Source: Octopus sinensis
Lineage: Eukaryota
Reading direction: 5' to 3'
Assembly: GCF_006345805.1 (NCBI RefSeq)
Contig: NW_021835982.1
Coordinates: 4,636-68,635, forward strand
Length of the DNA: 64,000 nucleotides
Both the position numbers and the translations under genes were made by a program. Each line of letters begins with the position of its first letter. Position 1 is the first letter of the stretch. A model generated the notes under the pieces. It ran no database searches. It was not told where the DNA came from and worked only from the letters and a program-made list of their open reading frames with translations. Below, piece by piece: positions 1 to 12,469 of the stretch.

Positions 1-1860
1 TTTCATTTGCAAAAAACACAGAGTTATGGTTCTACTGTTGGCCCTCTGATTGATGAAAATGGTACTCTTCAAGACAATGCCAAAACCAGGGAGAGATATT
101 GCAGAAACAATATTGCTCTGTTTCAGCAATCCTGATATGACTGATCTGGGCTGTATCAGTGATGTTACTCCCCAATACACTTATCGGACATAACATTTGG
201 CGCTCCTGATGTCTAGCAGCAATAAAGGAAATGAAAGCATAATTCAGCAGTAGGTCCCGATAGGTTCCCTGCTTGTGTCTTGAAGATGTGTCAAACCAAC
301 TTGCACCCCCTCTAGCCAATCTGTGACGGAACTCACTGGATGCTGGATATATACCAGAAGACCTTCTATCCCAGTCTGTTGTCCCAGTTTTCAAAAAAGG
401 AAACAAATCGCTTGCCGTGAATTACCGTCCAATCTCACTCACCTCTCGTATCATCAAGGTATTTGAGAGGGTGCTGAGATCGCGTATGACTCACTTCCTT
501 GAGAGTCATAATATGCTGAACCCAACCAGCATGGATTCCGTGATGGGGAGAGATTGCCTGACGCAGCTACTGCATCATTTTGATGACATTTTGAGAGCCT
601 TGGGAGAAGGTTCCAACACTGATGTCATCTACCTTGATTTCAGCAAGGCCTTTGACAGGGTTGATCATAAGATCCTTCTGAGAAAGCTGTCCAATATTGT
701 GTCACTGGAAAGCTGCTGCAGTGGATCAAGTGCTTCCTGTCTAACAGAAACCCAACATGTTGTAGTCGAGGGAGTCAAATCCAGCCCAGCAAAGTCAGCA
801 GTGGTGTCCCACAAGGCACTGTGTTGGGCCCACTTCTCTTCATCATCTACATAAATGATATTACTGAACCATCAAACACAGTAACATCAGAAACTTCGCT
901 GATGATTCCAAGCTCCAGAAGGTCATCAATGGCGTGGATGACCGAATAAACCTTCAGTCAGACTACTGGCTGTTGTCCAATGGCGGAAAAGAATAACATG
1001 TTGCTAAATGAAGACAAATTCGAACTGATCCACTTTGGAAGGGAGGACGCTCTGAAACTCCCATACTCTCTTCCTTCTGGATAAATTCTCATGGCATCCA
1101 ACAACATCAGAGACGGGGAGTAACAGGGACAACAACATAAGCTGGGCTACACATATAAGCAGCAAAGTTGACATGGCCCGCAGAATGTGTTCCTGGATTC
1201 TCAGAACATTCCAGTCGAGAGATTCCCACGCTATTATCCTTCTCTTCTCCACTTTTGCCCGACTCCACCTTGAATACTGCTGTCCACTGTGGTCTCCCTA
1301 CACGAAGCAAAATATTATGAGAATTGAAGCTCCCCAAAGGTCAATCACAAAAAAGATAGATGGCATGTCAGACCTTGACTACTGGGGTAGACTAGAGAAG
1401 CTGAAATTGTATTCACTCCAACGACGCCGTGAACGCTACATTATCTGTATGATGTGGAAAATATTCCATCAGCACTGTCTGAATGATGTTGGCATCACCT
1501 ACAAAATGCATCCAAGGCTTGGACCACGTGCCATCCGTCCACAACAAAAATCTAAATCGCATCACATAACGACAATACGGCACAACTATTTCACCTCAAT
1601 TGGACCCGCTCTCTTTCAACATTACACCAGGACACGTCAAAAAAGAAACTGACCACACAAAATTCAAGAAGTCTTTGGACAAATTCCTTCAAACAGTACC
1701 GGACAAACCACCCACCCCCGGATATGTCTCCGAAACAATAACTCTCTGCTCGAATGGGCCTTGGTGCCCAAATCCTGAACTGAAAGACTTCGCCAGGTAG
1801 TGCTATTAAGTTAGACATGGCCTGGGCCAATATGCCAAAACCTTTCTAGTTATTCTAAGT
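1..1860 (+). mobile_element. CR1/L2-group non-LTR retrotransposon, decayed ORF2 (RT plus C-terminus) and 3' UTR, running off the window start
   Basis: Frameshifted RT motifs NYRPISLTS, DFSKAFDRVDH and FADD (ttcgctgatgat at ~895), then LEYCCPLWSPY...LYSLQRRRERY. The 3' UTR has the GGTAGTGC..CATGGCC motif and ends in ttctaagt before (TA)n. Confidence 0.92.
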
Positions 1861-1897
<37 letters not shown>

Positions 1898-1995
1898 ATG
1901 TATATGTATATATATGTATATATATATATGTATATATATATATGTATATATATATATATGTTTATATATATATATATATTATATATATATATATA

Positions 1996-2034
<39 letters not shown>

Positions 2035-2056
2035 ATGTATATATATATGTGTATAT

Positions 2057-2090
<34 letters not shown>

Positions 2091-2094
2091 TATT

Positions 2095-2132
<38 letters not shown>

Positions 2133-2226
2133 ATATATATATATATTACATATACATACACATTTATTATATATGTATATATATATATATATATACATAC
2201 ATATATATATATATAAATACACACGC

Positions 2227-2279
<53 letters not shown>

Positions 2280-2778
2280 CGCGTGTGCTTACATATATGT
2301 CTGTATATATTTCTTCATACATGCATATATACAAAACGTAGAACATCCATGCACTTCTCCGTGGATATCTGGTAGTGCAGATAGAAAAGAAAGAAACCAT
2401 CTTTAGTGGCGCAACCTGAATGCTCATCCCAGGATGGTCTTCACAGAAATCTCAAGGCGGTCTAAGTGTGAAGTTGTGATTCGGTGGTGTGAATACGAAA
2501 GATAGACTAAACCTAAACGCTTAATTTAGACCTGGCTATATCTGTGACTGCAGGGGTCCTATCTCCCTTCACAGTTCATTATGATAGTGCTTCTGTGGCT
2601 ATTGGGCTGCTTTGACTCTTATTTCTAGCAACGGAGGCGCTGATCTTTGCACTTCGTTCACTTTAGTGACGTATAAATTTCTGCCTTTAAGTTGTAAAAT
2701 TACGAATTAGTCACCCATAATATTTTAAAATTTCACTTTTACCGTATATGAAATCAGACTATGATTTTAACGGAAATC

Positions 2779-2924
2779 GTGGTAAGTAGCTTTCTTACAA
2801 ATTACATGGTTCCGGGTTCAGTCCCACTGCATGGCACCTTGGGCAAGTATCTTCTACTATCGCCCCGGGCTGACCAAAGCCTTGTGAGTGGATTTCGTAG
2901 ACGGAAACTGAAAGAAGCCCGTCG

Positions 2925-2959
<35 letters not shown>

Positions 2960-3205
2960 TGTGTGTGTGTGTGTGTGTGTGTGTGTTGTTTGTGTCTGTG
3001 TTTGTCCTCCCATCAACATCGCTTGACAACAAATGCTGGTGTGTTTACGTCCCCGTAACTCAGCAGTTCGGCAAAAGAGACCTATAGAATAAATACTAGG
3101 CTTACAAAGAATAAGTCTTGGGGTCGATTTGCTCGACTAAAGGCGGTGCTCCAGCATGGCCAGAGTCAAATGACTGAAACAAGTAAAAGAGTAAAACAGT
3201 AAAAC
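2779..3205 (+). mobile_element. tRNA-derived SINE family A (central TA/TG microsatellite, LINE-like 3' tail)
   Basis: B-box-like GGTTCAGTCCC, central (TA)(TG) tract and tail GGCGGTGCTCCAGCATGGCC..GACTGAAAC-(AGTAAAA)n. About ten other copies occur in the window. Confidence 0.9.
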
Positions 3206-3447
3206 AGCTGACAAAGTTAGATGTGTTTAACCGTAGGTGATGTGAGGGCCACCAATGAGCATAAATCATCGATTATCCGTAGGGAGCTTATCTCCCTTGT
3301 CAGTTCATTAAGATGGTGCTTCTGAAGCTATTGAGTGATTTTGACTTCTATTTCTAGAAATACTGGTGCCGATTAGTGTCCTTTACTCACTCTATAGGTG
3401 GTAAAATTGCTAATTAGCCACTGATATTATTTATACATATGTGTGTT

Positions 3448-3493
<46 letters not shown>

Positions 3494-3531
3494 ATAATAA
3501 AAAATAAGCAGCAGAAATAACTGCGGTAATT

Positions 3532-3615
3532 TGGTACGATCGTTTCACGCTACATCATTTTATTAAATATTGTAAGTATTACAACAGTTTTAACAAGTTG
3601 AGCAATCATCAGCCA
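3532..3615 (-). ncRNA. Type I hammerhead ribozyme-like motif with long loop 2
   Basis: Minus strand reads TGG CTGATGA T TGCT..(47 nt)..AGCG T GAA ACGATCGT A CCA. Core and palindromic helix III are intact with a GUA site; the helix II base is non-canonical (U.U). Confidence 0.6.
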
Positions 3616-3774
3616 TTAATAGAGGTTTTCTATTAATACATAATTTTCTTATCAATTGATAACATTATAGAGAAGGTAGATGTCGATTTAAATTTTAAGA
3701 ACAATAAGGTAGTAGAGTTTATCAACTCTGCATCTAACCTAAGTACCATATTCCTTTTAATCTAAATTTTGCTG

Positions 3775-3811
<37 letters not shown>

Positions 3812-4127
3812 AACGGTATAAATAATGGTAATTACATATTTATATATTGTAGCAAATTTGACTTACAGCTATTTCTAAATGTCATCTAAAGGTTCGCTAT
3901 TGATTGGTTTGTTCAATCGGCCTCTAATTCCAGGTCTTGGTATAACTGGGAACAGAACCCTGGATTTACAATATAGGTGGGTATTGAACCATAAACTCCG
4001 ACACTGCGACCAGAATACGTGCAGTATTCTTTACTAATCTGAACAATATATATAAACTGGTGTAACTAGCAAGGAGCTTACAAAAATATTGCCTGAATTA
4101 TAATCCTTCAGTAATAAGTCTTTTGTG

Positions 4128-4184
<57 letters not shown>

Positions 4185-4289
4185 CATATATATACAATAT
4201 ATTGACTATTATATAAATAAATTCATTTCTGTATTCAAACTCTCCATTTTCTTCATATTATATATATGTATATATATGTATGTATATTT

Positions 4290-4353
<64 letters not shown>

Positions 4354-4575
4354 TGTGTGTGTGTGTATGTGTGTGTGTGTATGTGTGTGTTTGTCTGTGT
4401 ATTAGAAACTCCTCTTATAAGGTCTCTGCTCATTTCCTCTACAATATTCCTATACGATAAATATATTTTAATTAAGAAATATTTTTCAAGTATTTTGACA
4501 TTATCACATTATCGAGATATTTTCATAAGTTTTATATATATATGTGTGTGTGTGTGTGCGTGCGAAAATATATGA

Positions 4576-4615
<40 letters not shown>

Positions 4616-4829
4616 CATACACATATATATATATATACATATATATATTATACACATATATAATATACATATATACATGTGTATATGTATATTATATATT
4701 ATATATATATAATATATATATATATATATACATGTATATGTGTATATATATGTGCATATATACCTATATATGTGTATATATACATATACATATATACCTA
4801 TATATATGTATATATACATATACATATAC

Positions 4830-4869
<40 letters not shown>

Positions 4870-4897
4870 TTATATATATATTATATAATATATTAAA

Positions 4898-4978
<81 letters not shown>

Positions 4979-5015
4979 TATACTGTATATGTATATAAAA
5001 TATATCTATTATGTA

Positions 5016-5755
5016 TTAGGATAAGTAAAATGTAAGCAACGTTTTGAACTATGAGAATTTGTACCAGATTTTTGCAGAGTTTTGAATTCTGTTTTAAACA
5101 TTTTCTTGAAATTGTCTGATAAGATAGACATAGAGATGCCTACATTCATTAATAAATTAACACTTTAATTTTTTAACGGTTGTTACAATCATCTTCAATG
5201 GAACTGTCGAAGCGCGATATTCGAGCAATTTTGCTATTCAATTTTAAAAGAAGGGTGTCAAGCAGCTGAGACTCCTCGCAATATGAACTAAACGTTTGGT
5301 GAGGAAATGGCCAGTGAGTGGTCAGCTCGAATATGGTTTAAACGATTTCGCAGAGAAGACCTTATCCGTTATCTTTGTCAGCGTAGTGGACGCCCAGCTG
5401 TCATTGATGACGGTCAATCAAAGACCGTCATTTATAAGGATACATCTCAAACCACTTGAGAATTCGCAAAAGAACTTCAAGTTCGCTAAAAAAAAAAAGA
5501 ACTGCCTGAAAACATTTACATGATCGGACAATCAGAAAAGCTCGACAAAAGGGTACAACTCGAATGAAAATAAGAAAATGCGCAGATATGACATTTGCTC
5601 GTCGTTATTTCTCCGTAACCAAACCACTCCATTTGCCGACCGTATTGTAATTTGCGATGAAAAGTGGATTCAGTACAATAATAAAAAATATTCTTCGCAG
5701 TGGTTGGACCGAAATGAAGCAACGAAAACCTTCCTTAAACTTGAGCTCTTCAGAA
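5016..5755 (+). mobile_element. mariner (Mos1/SETMAR-like) transposon remnant, 5' half
   Basis: Degenerate MELSKRDIRAILLFNFK..WFKRF.., then PFADRIVICDEKWIQYNN..QWLD (ORF 5578..5958). A TIR-like TTAGG follows TA at ~5016. Confidence 0.85.
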
Positions 5756-5985
5756 ATAACAGTAACGGTCTAGCATATAAAAAAATTATTCCTCTTCCTC
5801 CTTCTTGTTTTTCTTCTTCTTCTTTCCCTACCAAGAATTCACAACGACCTCGAATCCACAAGAGTAAACAAGGGAGACAGAGACAGGCAGAAACAAGGAA
5901 AATGCCACTTGTATTTGAACTCTATACAAATATTCCTTTGAAAAAACTTTTCTTTTAAAATTTTCTAAATTTAATTATTTAATTG

Positions 5986-6027
5986 TTGCAGTTGAAAAAG
6001 TCTCTATGACTGAAACCGGTACTGAAA
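5986..6027 (+). ncRNA. Minimal type I hammerhead-like motif, U3-A8 core variant
   Basis: CAG TTGAAAA AGTC TCTAT GACT GAA ACCGGT A CTG. Helices I and II pair, helix III is palindromic, and the site is GUA. Confidence 0.6.
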
Positions 6028-6163
6028 TGTTCTTTATAAAATTATTTTAGTATTTTCTATCTTGATTTTTTCCATATATATAATATATATGATATATATA
6101 ATATATATTATATAATATATATATATATATATACATGCATATACATATATATATATATATATA

Positions 6164-6205
<42 letters not shown>

Positions 6206-6633
6206 TATTATATATATATATAGATATATATCTATATATATATATATATATATAATTATATATATATAGATATATATATATATATAATATATATATACAT
6301 ATATACTTTACCACAACACCGAAATTTTAGAAGTAGCAGCGAAAAAACCTTAGCTATTTCTTCTACTATATATACATATATAAAAACACATGCATATATA
6401 CATACTTGCAAAAACATATATATATATAAGCACTAAACATAAGCATATATATATAAGCATTAAAACATGATCACCGTTCATGATATGTATAATGCGAGCA
6501 TGTTTGAGAAGATCGGCAAAACAGCGACTACATGACCTTAACGTCGCAATAAAATAACAAATACAACAGACAATCTTTATTTGAATTATTGACAAACATA
6601 CCCGTCTCAGCGTAACAATTTTTGTAACGACAT

Positions 6634-6667
6634 CCATCCATCCATCCATCCATCCATCCATCCATCC

Positions 6668-6757
<90 letters not shown>

Positions 6758-6817
6758 TTATCTATCCATCCATCCATCTATCTATCTATCAATCTATCTA
6801 TCTATCTATCTATCTAA

Positions 6818-6887
<70 letters not shown>

Positions 6888-6900
6888 GTGTTATCTATCT
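6634..6900. repeat. (TCCA)n/(TCTA)n tetranucleotide microsatellite
   Basis: Direct reading of the sequence. Confidence 0.95.
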
Positions 6901-6962
6901 TTCTATATTATCAATCTATCGGATTGCTAACTTGTCTATGTATGTAAGTTTATATATATATG

Positions 6963-7011
<49 letters not shown>

Positions 7012-8239
7012 ATATATGTATATATTATATGTATATATAATAATAGATATATATATTATATATATATATATATATAATATATATATAATGTATGTATATA
7101 TATCTATCTATATATATATATACATAGATATGCAAATATACTTATGTATGCAAGTACGCATGCATATGTTTGAAGAGAGCAGGTAAAAATCTTATGAGTG
7201 AGAGAGAGGGAGAGAGAGGGGGGACATATAAAAAAGGGAATAATAGAGAGAGTTACATAAAGGCTGAAAGGGAAGGGTATCAGGTGGAGAAGTACAGGAG
7301 TAGCAAATCGGTAAACGACATTTAGAAAAATAAAAAACAAAGTAAAGAACTGAAAATAAATGAATGTGAACAAAACAAGTATTAAACAAATAAAATATAA
7401 ATAAATATAAAGTAGAGGATTGCCTATACAACGGACATATTTCTGAGTGAAAAATAAGTAGTTGAAAGTAACAGGAAGTAGGATTTTTTTTATCGCTTAC
7501 TTCTTATCTATAAACAAACATTTTTATGTTAATCTGGCTCCTTATTCGATTTTATTTAACCCTAATTCCTTTATATATTATTTTTCGTTATATAGTTCTG
7601 CTTTCTTTCTTTTCTAGTTTCTTTTCTAGTATCCTCATCGTCGTTTTTATGCAGACATATAAACACATAATGGAGTTGCATAATTTGAAACACGAGTCTT
7701 TAATAACAATGTCTGGTCTCTTTCGATATTATTAACACAGAGGAGAAAGAGAGAGAGGGAGAGAGGGTATAATTTACTCTTTCGTTTTATGTTGTTGTTC
7801 CCCATTCACCGTTGTTTGTTGTTCTTGTTGTTCTTGTTGTTTGAGGTGCTTGTGCTTGTGGTTGTGGTTATGTTTTCTGTTTATCTCTATTTTATTGTAA
7901 TCACATTATCATTTACCGATGTTATTTACATTCATTCGTTCAACGTCTCGATCTTGTTTTTCTACACTGGCTGCATATGAATAGAATACAGCCGATACCA
8001 TGATATCAATACGACCAACACACAGAAGCACACGCATACACACACACATGCACAATCACACACGCGTATACACAAACACAGACATACTCTCAAATATATG
8101 CATGAAGACATCTATTTGTATATATATTTGTGTATTTCACTTTGTCAGACTGAATATCTCTCTTACAATCAATCTCTTTCTGTCTCAGTAAATATGTGTA
8201 GGGATGCATATATGTCTTAACGAGAGTGTGCGTGTGTGT

Positions 8240-8279
<40 letters not shown>

Positions 8280-8335
8280 ATAGATAAATAGACAGACAGA
8301 CGAATGACAGAGATAGATAGATGGATAGGCAGATA

Positions 8336-8386
<51 letters not shown>

Positions 8387-8530
8387 GGCGCGCAAAACAC
8401 ACTGAAGCACTAACAAAAACACACACACATGCACGGGCACAGCCACAGAACACATGCACATCAAGAACACACATATATATAGTGAGAATGATGGATACAT
8501 AGATATATATATACATATATATACATATAT

Positions 8531-8565
<35 letters not shown>

Positions 8566-8578
8566 ATATTAGATATAT

Positions 8579-8618
<40 letters not shown>

Positions 8619-9190
8619 GAGATAGATAGATACATAGATAGATAGAAAGACGTACAGACTTAGATGTGTATATACGCCCGTTATTCAGCTGCACATGTTT
8701 ATGTCGGTGAAGGTGTATATAAATGCAAAGGTTTATTTGCATGCAAATTAGAAAGAGAAAGACAAACGTAAAATGATATATCAAAGCCTATACATACTTG
8801 CATAAATGTCCCAGTATGCATGTATGTATGTATATATGTATATATATATGTATGTATATATGTATATATATATGTATGTATATATGTATGTATGTATATA
8901 TTTATATATGTATGTATGTATATATGTATGTATGTATGTATATATTTATATATGTATGTATATATATATATATGTATGCATGTATATATGTATATGTGTA
9001 TGTATGTATATATGTAGGTATGTATGTATATATGTATATATGTATGTATGTATACATGTATATATGTACGTATGTATGCATGTATACATATATCTGTCTG
9101 TCTGTCTGGATGTCTGTCTATCTATTTATGTCAATATATATATGTGTGTATATATATATATATATGTACATATATATGTATGTATGTATG

Positions 9191-9224
<34 letters not shown>

Positions 9225-10158
9225 TATATACACACATATACATATGTGTGTGTATGTGTACGTGTGCGCGTTCGAGTCTGTGTGGATGCATGTATGTGTA
9301 CGAGAAGAACGGACAGGAGCAAGATTTTCGCAAATACTTTCTGCATAATACAACATCGTCTCCTCTCACCCTCACTCACTCACCCACACTCAACACTTAC
9401 TCTCACTCCCTCTCTCTGTTCCACCCCTCCACCCCTCACTCTCTTTCACTGTCTCACTTTCACCGTCTCACTTTCCTCTCTTTATTGTTTATTTGCAATT
9501 CACCAACGTCTGGTGCAGTTTCGTTCCAGAATCTAACATTTCACCTTTTTTTCACTTTCAAAATGTAAACCTTAAGAAGTGTGAGCCAGACAGTGTGTAT
9601 ACGCAGATAGCTATCACACGGTGTTCTAAACAGTGAAATAGATAAGAAAGGCCACATGTGAATTGGTTTATCCTTGGAACTAAGTCAATGCATACATTTC
9701 TATTGCTGCTGTGGTGGCTGTTATTGCTGCTGCTGTTGTTGCTGCTGCTAGTGATACTGCAGTTGCTACTGCTGCTTCTGCTGCTGCTTCTGCTGCTGCT
9801 GCTGTCTCATTCACTGCCATGTTTAGCTGTCTCTTTCTGAGTGTCTATGTATGTTAGTGTGTGTCTATGTGTGTATTTCTGTTCTCTACGAAATACTATA
9901 CATGAGTCGATGTTTCTGCATATATATGTATTATTGTGTGCGCGTGCATATACATGTTGATATATATAATATATATATATACATATACATACATACATAA
10001 TATATATATATATATATAGATATATATATTTAAATATATATGTATGTATCTATCTAACAATCTATCAGTCATAATATATTATTATACTATATATATATAT
10101 ATATATATATATACAGATATATATATTATATATATATATATAGATAATATATAATATA

Positions 10159-10195
<37 letters not shown>

Positions 10196-10214
10196 ATATA
10201 TATAATGATAGATT

Positions 10215-10395
10215 GGCAGACACTACACATTTTTTATCTCCTTGTTTCCCTCCTTGTTTTTTCTGTGTCCCTTTCTGTAGAAGAGCCTAGGCTCGAAACG
10301 TAAAAGACTTTTTCAATTCCTGAGCGTTATACTAATACATCTGTTTGTTTTGTACACCACCTGTCTTCGTCTTTTTTTCGTGAACTATCCCTATA
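10215..10395 (+). mobile_element. Short repeat module carrying a hammerhead-like motif (A6U variant, 10271-10306); probable Penelope pLTR-derived or non-autonomous element
   Basis: CTTT CTGTAGA A GAGC CTAG GCTC GAA ACGT A AAAG. Homologous modules lie at ~41550-41760 (-) and ~42600-42780 (+). Flanked by (TA)n. Confidence 0.65.
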
Positions 10396-10572
10396 TATTT
10401 ATATACATGCATATATGTATTTATTTATATAGGTATGCATATATAAGTTTAACAATTAAGGAAAATCTCTTAATAAGGGATCTTAACAAGAAATTATCGG
10501 TAGCTAGCGTGAAAACCTCATAAAAGAAAAGAATTCGAAAATAATTTTTTTCTTTTGAACAAATTAATTATA

Positions 10573-10760
10573 TCTATATTGTATAGAGGGCATTATTACA
10601 CATAAATGCCTCACACTAGGAGGGACAAAGTCATTACTACCAAAATTATACTAATCATACCCAAATGCAGTTTTTCAAAGCAAGACATTTTGGTAGTAAT
10701 GACTTTGTCCCTCCTAGTGTGAGGCATTTATGTGTAATAATGCCCTCTATACAATATAGG
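10573..10760. mobile_element. Fold-back MITE with perfect 73-bp terminal inverted repeats, flanked by TA
   Basis: 10574-10646 is the exact reverse complement of 10687-10759, with a 40-bp spacer. TA occurs at 10571-10572 and 10761-10762. Confidence 0.8.
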
Positions 10761-10914
10761 TATGCATATATATATATATATATATATATATTCAACAATA
10801 TAAGGAATGGCCATAATAGGCAATTTGACTCACTAGAAAGAGCAACCAAACTCAAACCGCTAAATAGTTGTAATTCTGAAATTGAAAGAGAAATAAAATC
10901 ATTTACCTCTTTCA

Positions 10915-11009
10915 TCTCTGGACTATGCATAGTTTCGACAAACTTTGGTAAACAAATTAATTAAATTAAATTAAATTTATTTACAACTGGCGTGTCTCGT
11001 CAGCAGAGA
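10915..11009 (-). ncRNA. Canonical type I hammerhead ribozyme
   Basis: Minus strand reads TCTCTG CTGACGA GAC..AT-rich loop..GTC GAA ACTATGCATAGT C CAGAGA. All core nucleotides are present, with 6-bp helix I, G10.1-C11.1 and a GUC site. Confidence 0.85.
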
Positions 11010-11059
11010 AGCCGAGGACTGTGATACGGAATGTCTATGTTCGCTATATTTCAGATATT

Positions 11060-11438
11060 TGCTTGATGCCGATTTGCTGTTGTGGTTGTTGTCGTCGTCG
11101 TCGTCGTCGATTTTGCCCTTGTTTCTGCCTCGGATGATGATGACGATGTTATCGATGATGTCGTCGATTGCGATGATGATGATGAGAATGAGGAGGAGGA
11201 GGATATTTACCCAGATGATTAATGTTTATCATAATGATGATGATAATGATGGTGAAGATGGGGAGGGCGGTGATGATGATTACCACGATGAAGATGATCC
11301 CGATGCTGTTGCTACTGCTGCTGATGATGATGATGCAGAGGAGGAGGACGATGAGGAGAAGGGGAAGGGCAGGAAAACGAGAAGGAGGAGGATAACCGTG
11401 GTGATAATGCTTGTCATATGTCGATGATGGTGATGATT

Positions 11439-11469
<31 letters not shown>

Positions 11470-11990
11470 CGACGATGATGATGATGACGATGATGATGAC
11501 GACGATGACGATAATGATGATGATGAAGGGGAGGACAAAGATCAGGAACAGGACAGTGAGAATGATGAATGATGATTAATGGTGACTGATGATTAAAAGG
11601 AGGTCGATGGCTAAATATGCTGATGATGAAGGTCATTATGGCTGTTACTGATCTGTTGATGTTTATCATGGCTTTATATTTATATATCTTTTTTTGCGAC
11701 TGGTCTAAACGATGCCATTTAAGTTCACCGTATTTATTGTTGTTGTTGTTGTTTGTGTGTTTATTCGTTTCTTGTTGTTGCTGCTGTTGTTGTTGTCTGG
11801 CCATCCTTGTTCATATTTACAAAAGGTTCGTCTGTTGTTTCAGCTACTATTACCTAATTTGACATTACGTTTTTGTCATAGCTGCTGCTAATGATGATGA
11901 TTATGATGATGATGATGATCATCATCATCATCATGGAGGACGATTACGACGGCGATGATGATGATGATAAACATGGTGGTCCTCTCGGTG
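11060..11990. repeat. Degenerate trinucleotide low-complexity tract ((GAT)n, (GTT)n, (GAC)n, (CAT)n)
   Basis: Direct reading. The poly-D/H/Q ORFs arise only from the repeats. Confidence 0.85.
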
Positions 11991-12430
11991 GTAGTGGTTG
12001 GTGGTAGAATCTACAAAATTCGCTGCTGCAGTAATTACCGAACCTCTTGTAGTCTCGTCGTATATATATATGTGTGTGGGGTGTATGTGCGTGTGTTCAT
12101 GCGTGTATGTGAGTATATATATATGTACATGTGTGCATATATATGCATTTAAATTTATTAACATATATAGATATATACACACACACCCACATATGTATAA
12201 TATATGGTATGTATGCATGCATACACACATTTATATATATATACATATGCATATATATATATACATACATATATATATACATATATATACATATATACAC
12301 ACATATATATACATATATATACACACACATATATATACATATATATATATACACACATTAAAATTTATATATATATGCATTTAATCATTGATATATATAT
12401 GTGTGTGTGTGTGCGCGCGTATAAAATATA

Positions 12431-12469
<39 letters not shown>

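Noticed and set aside
32-406. 124-aa minus-strand ORF, and similar antisense ORFs over the LINEs (e.g. 47153..47431, 50833..51252)
   Set aside because: Antisense shadows of retrotransposon ORF2.
8798-9568. Long ORFs (256 aa here; also 59518..60279, 1880..2406, 23491..23961 and others) rich in Y/I/M/C/V
   Set aside because: They are translations of (TA)n, (TG)n and (TATG)n microsatellites that happen to lack stops.
11059-11804. Poly-Asp/His/Gln ORFs resembling low-complexity proteins
   Set aside because: Trinucleotide repeat tract with no domain signal and no supportable splice structure.
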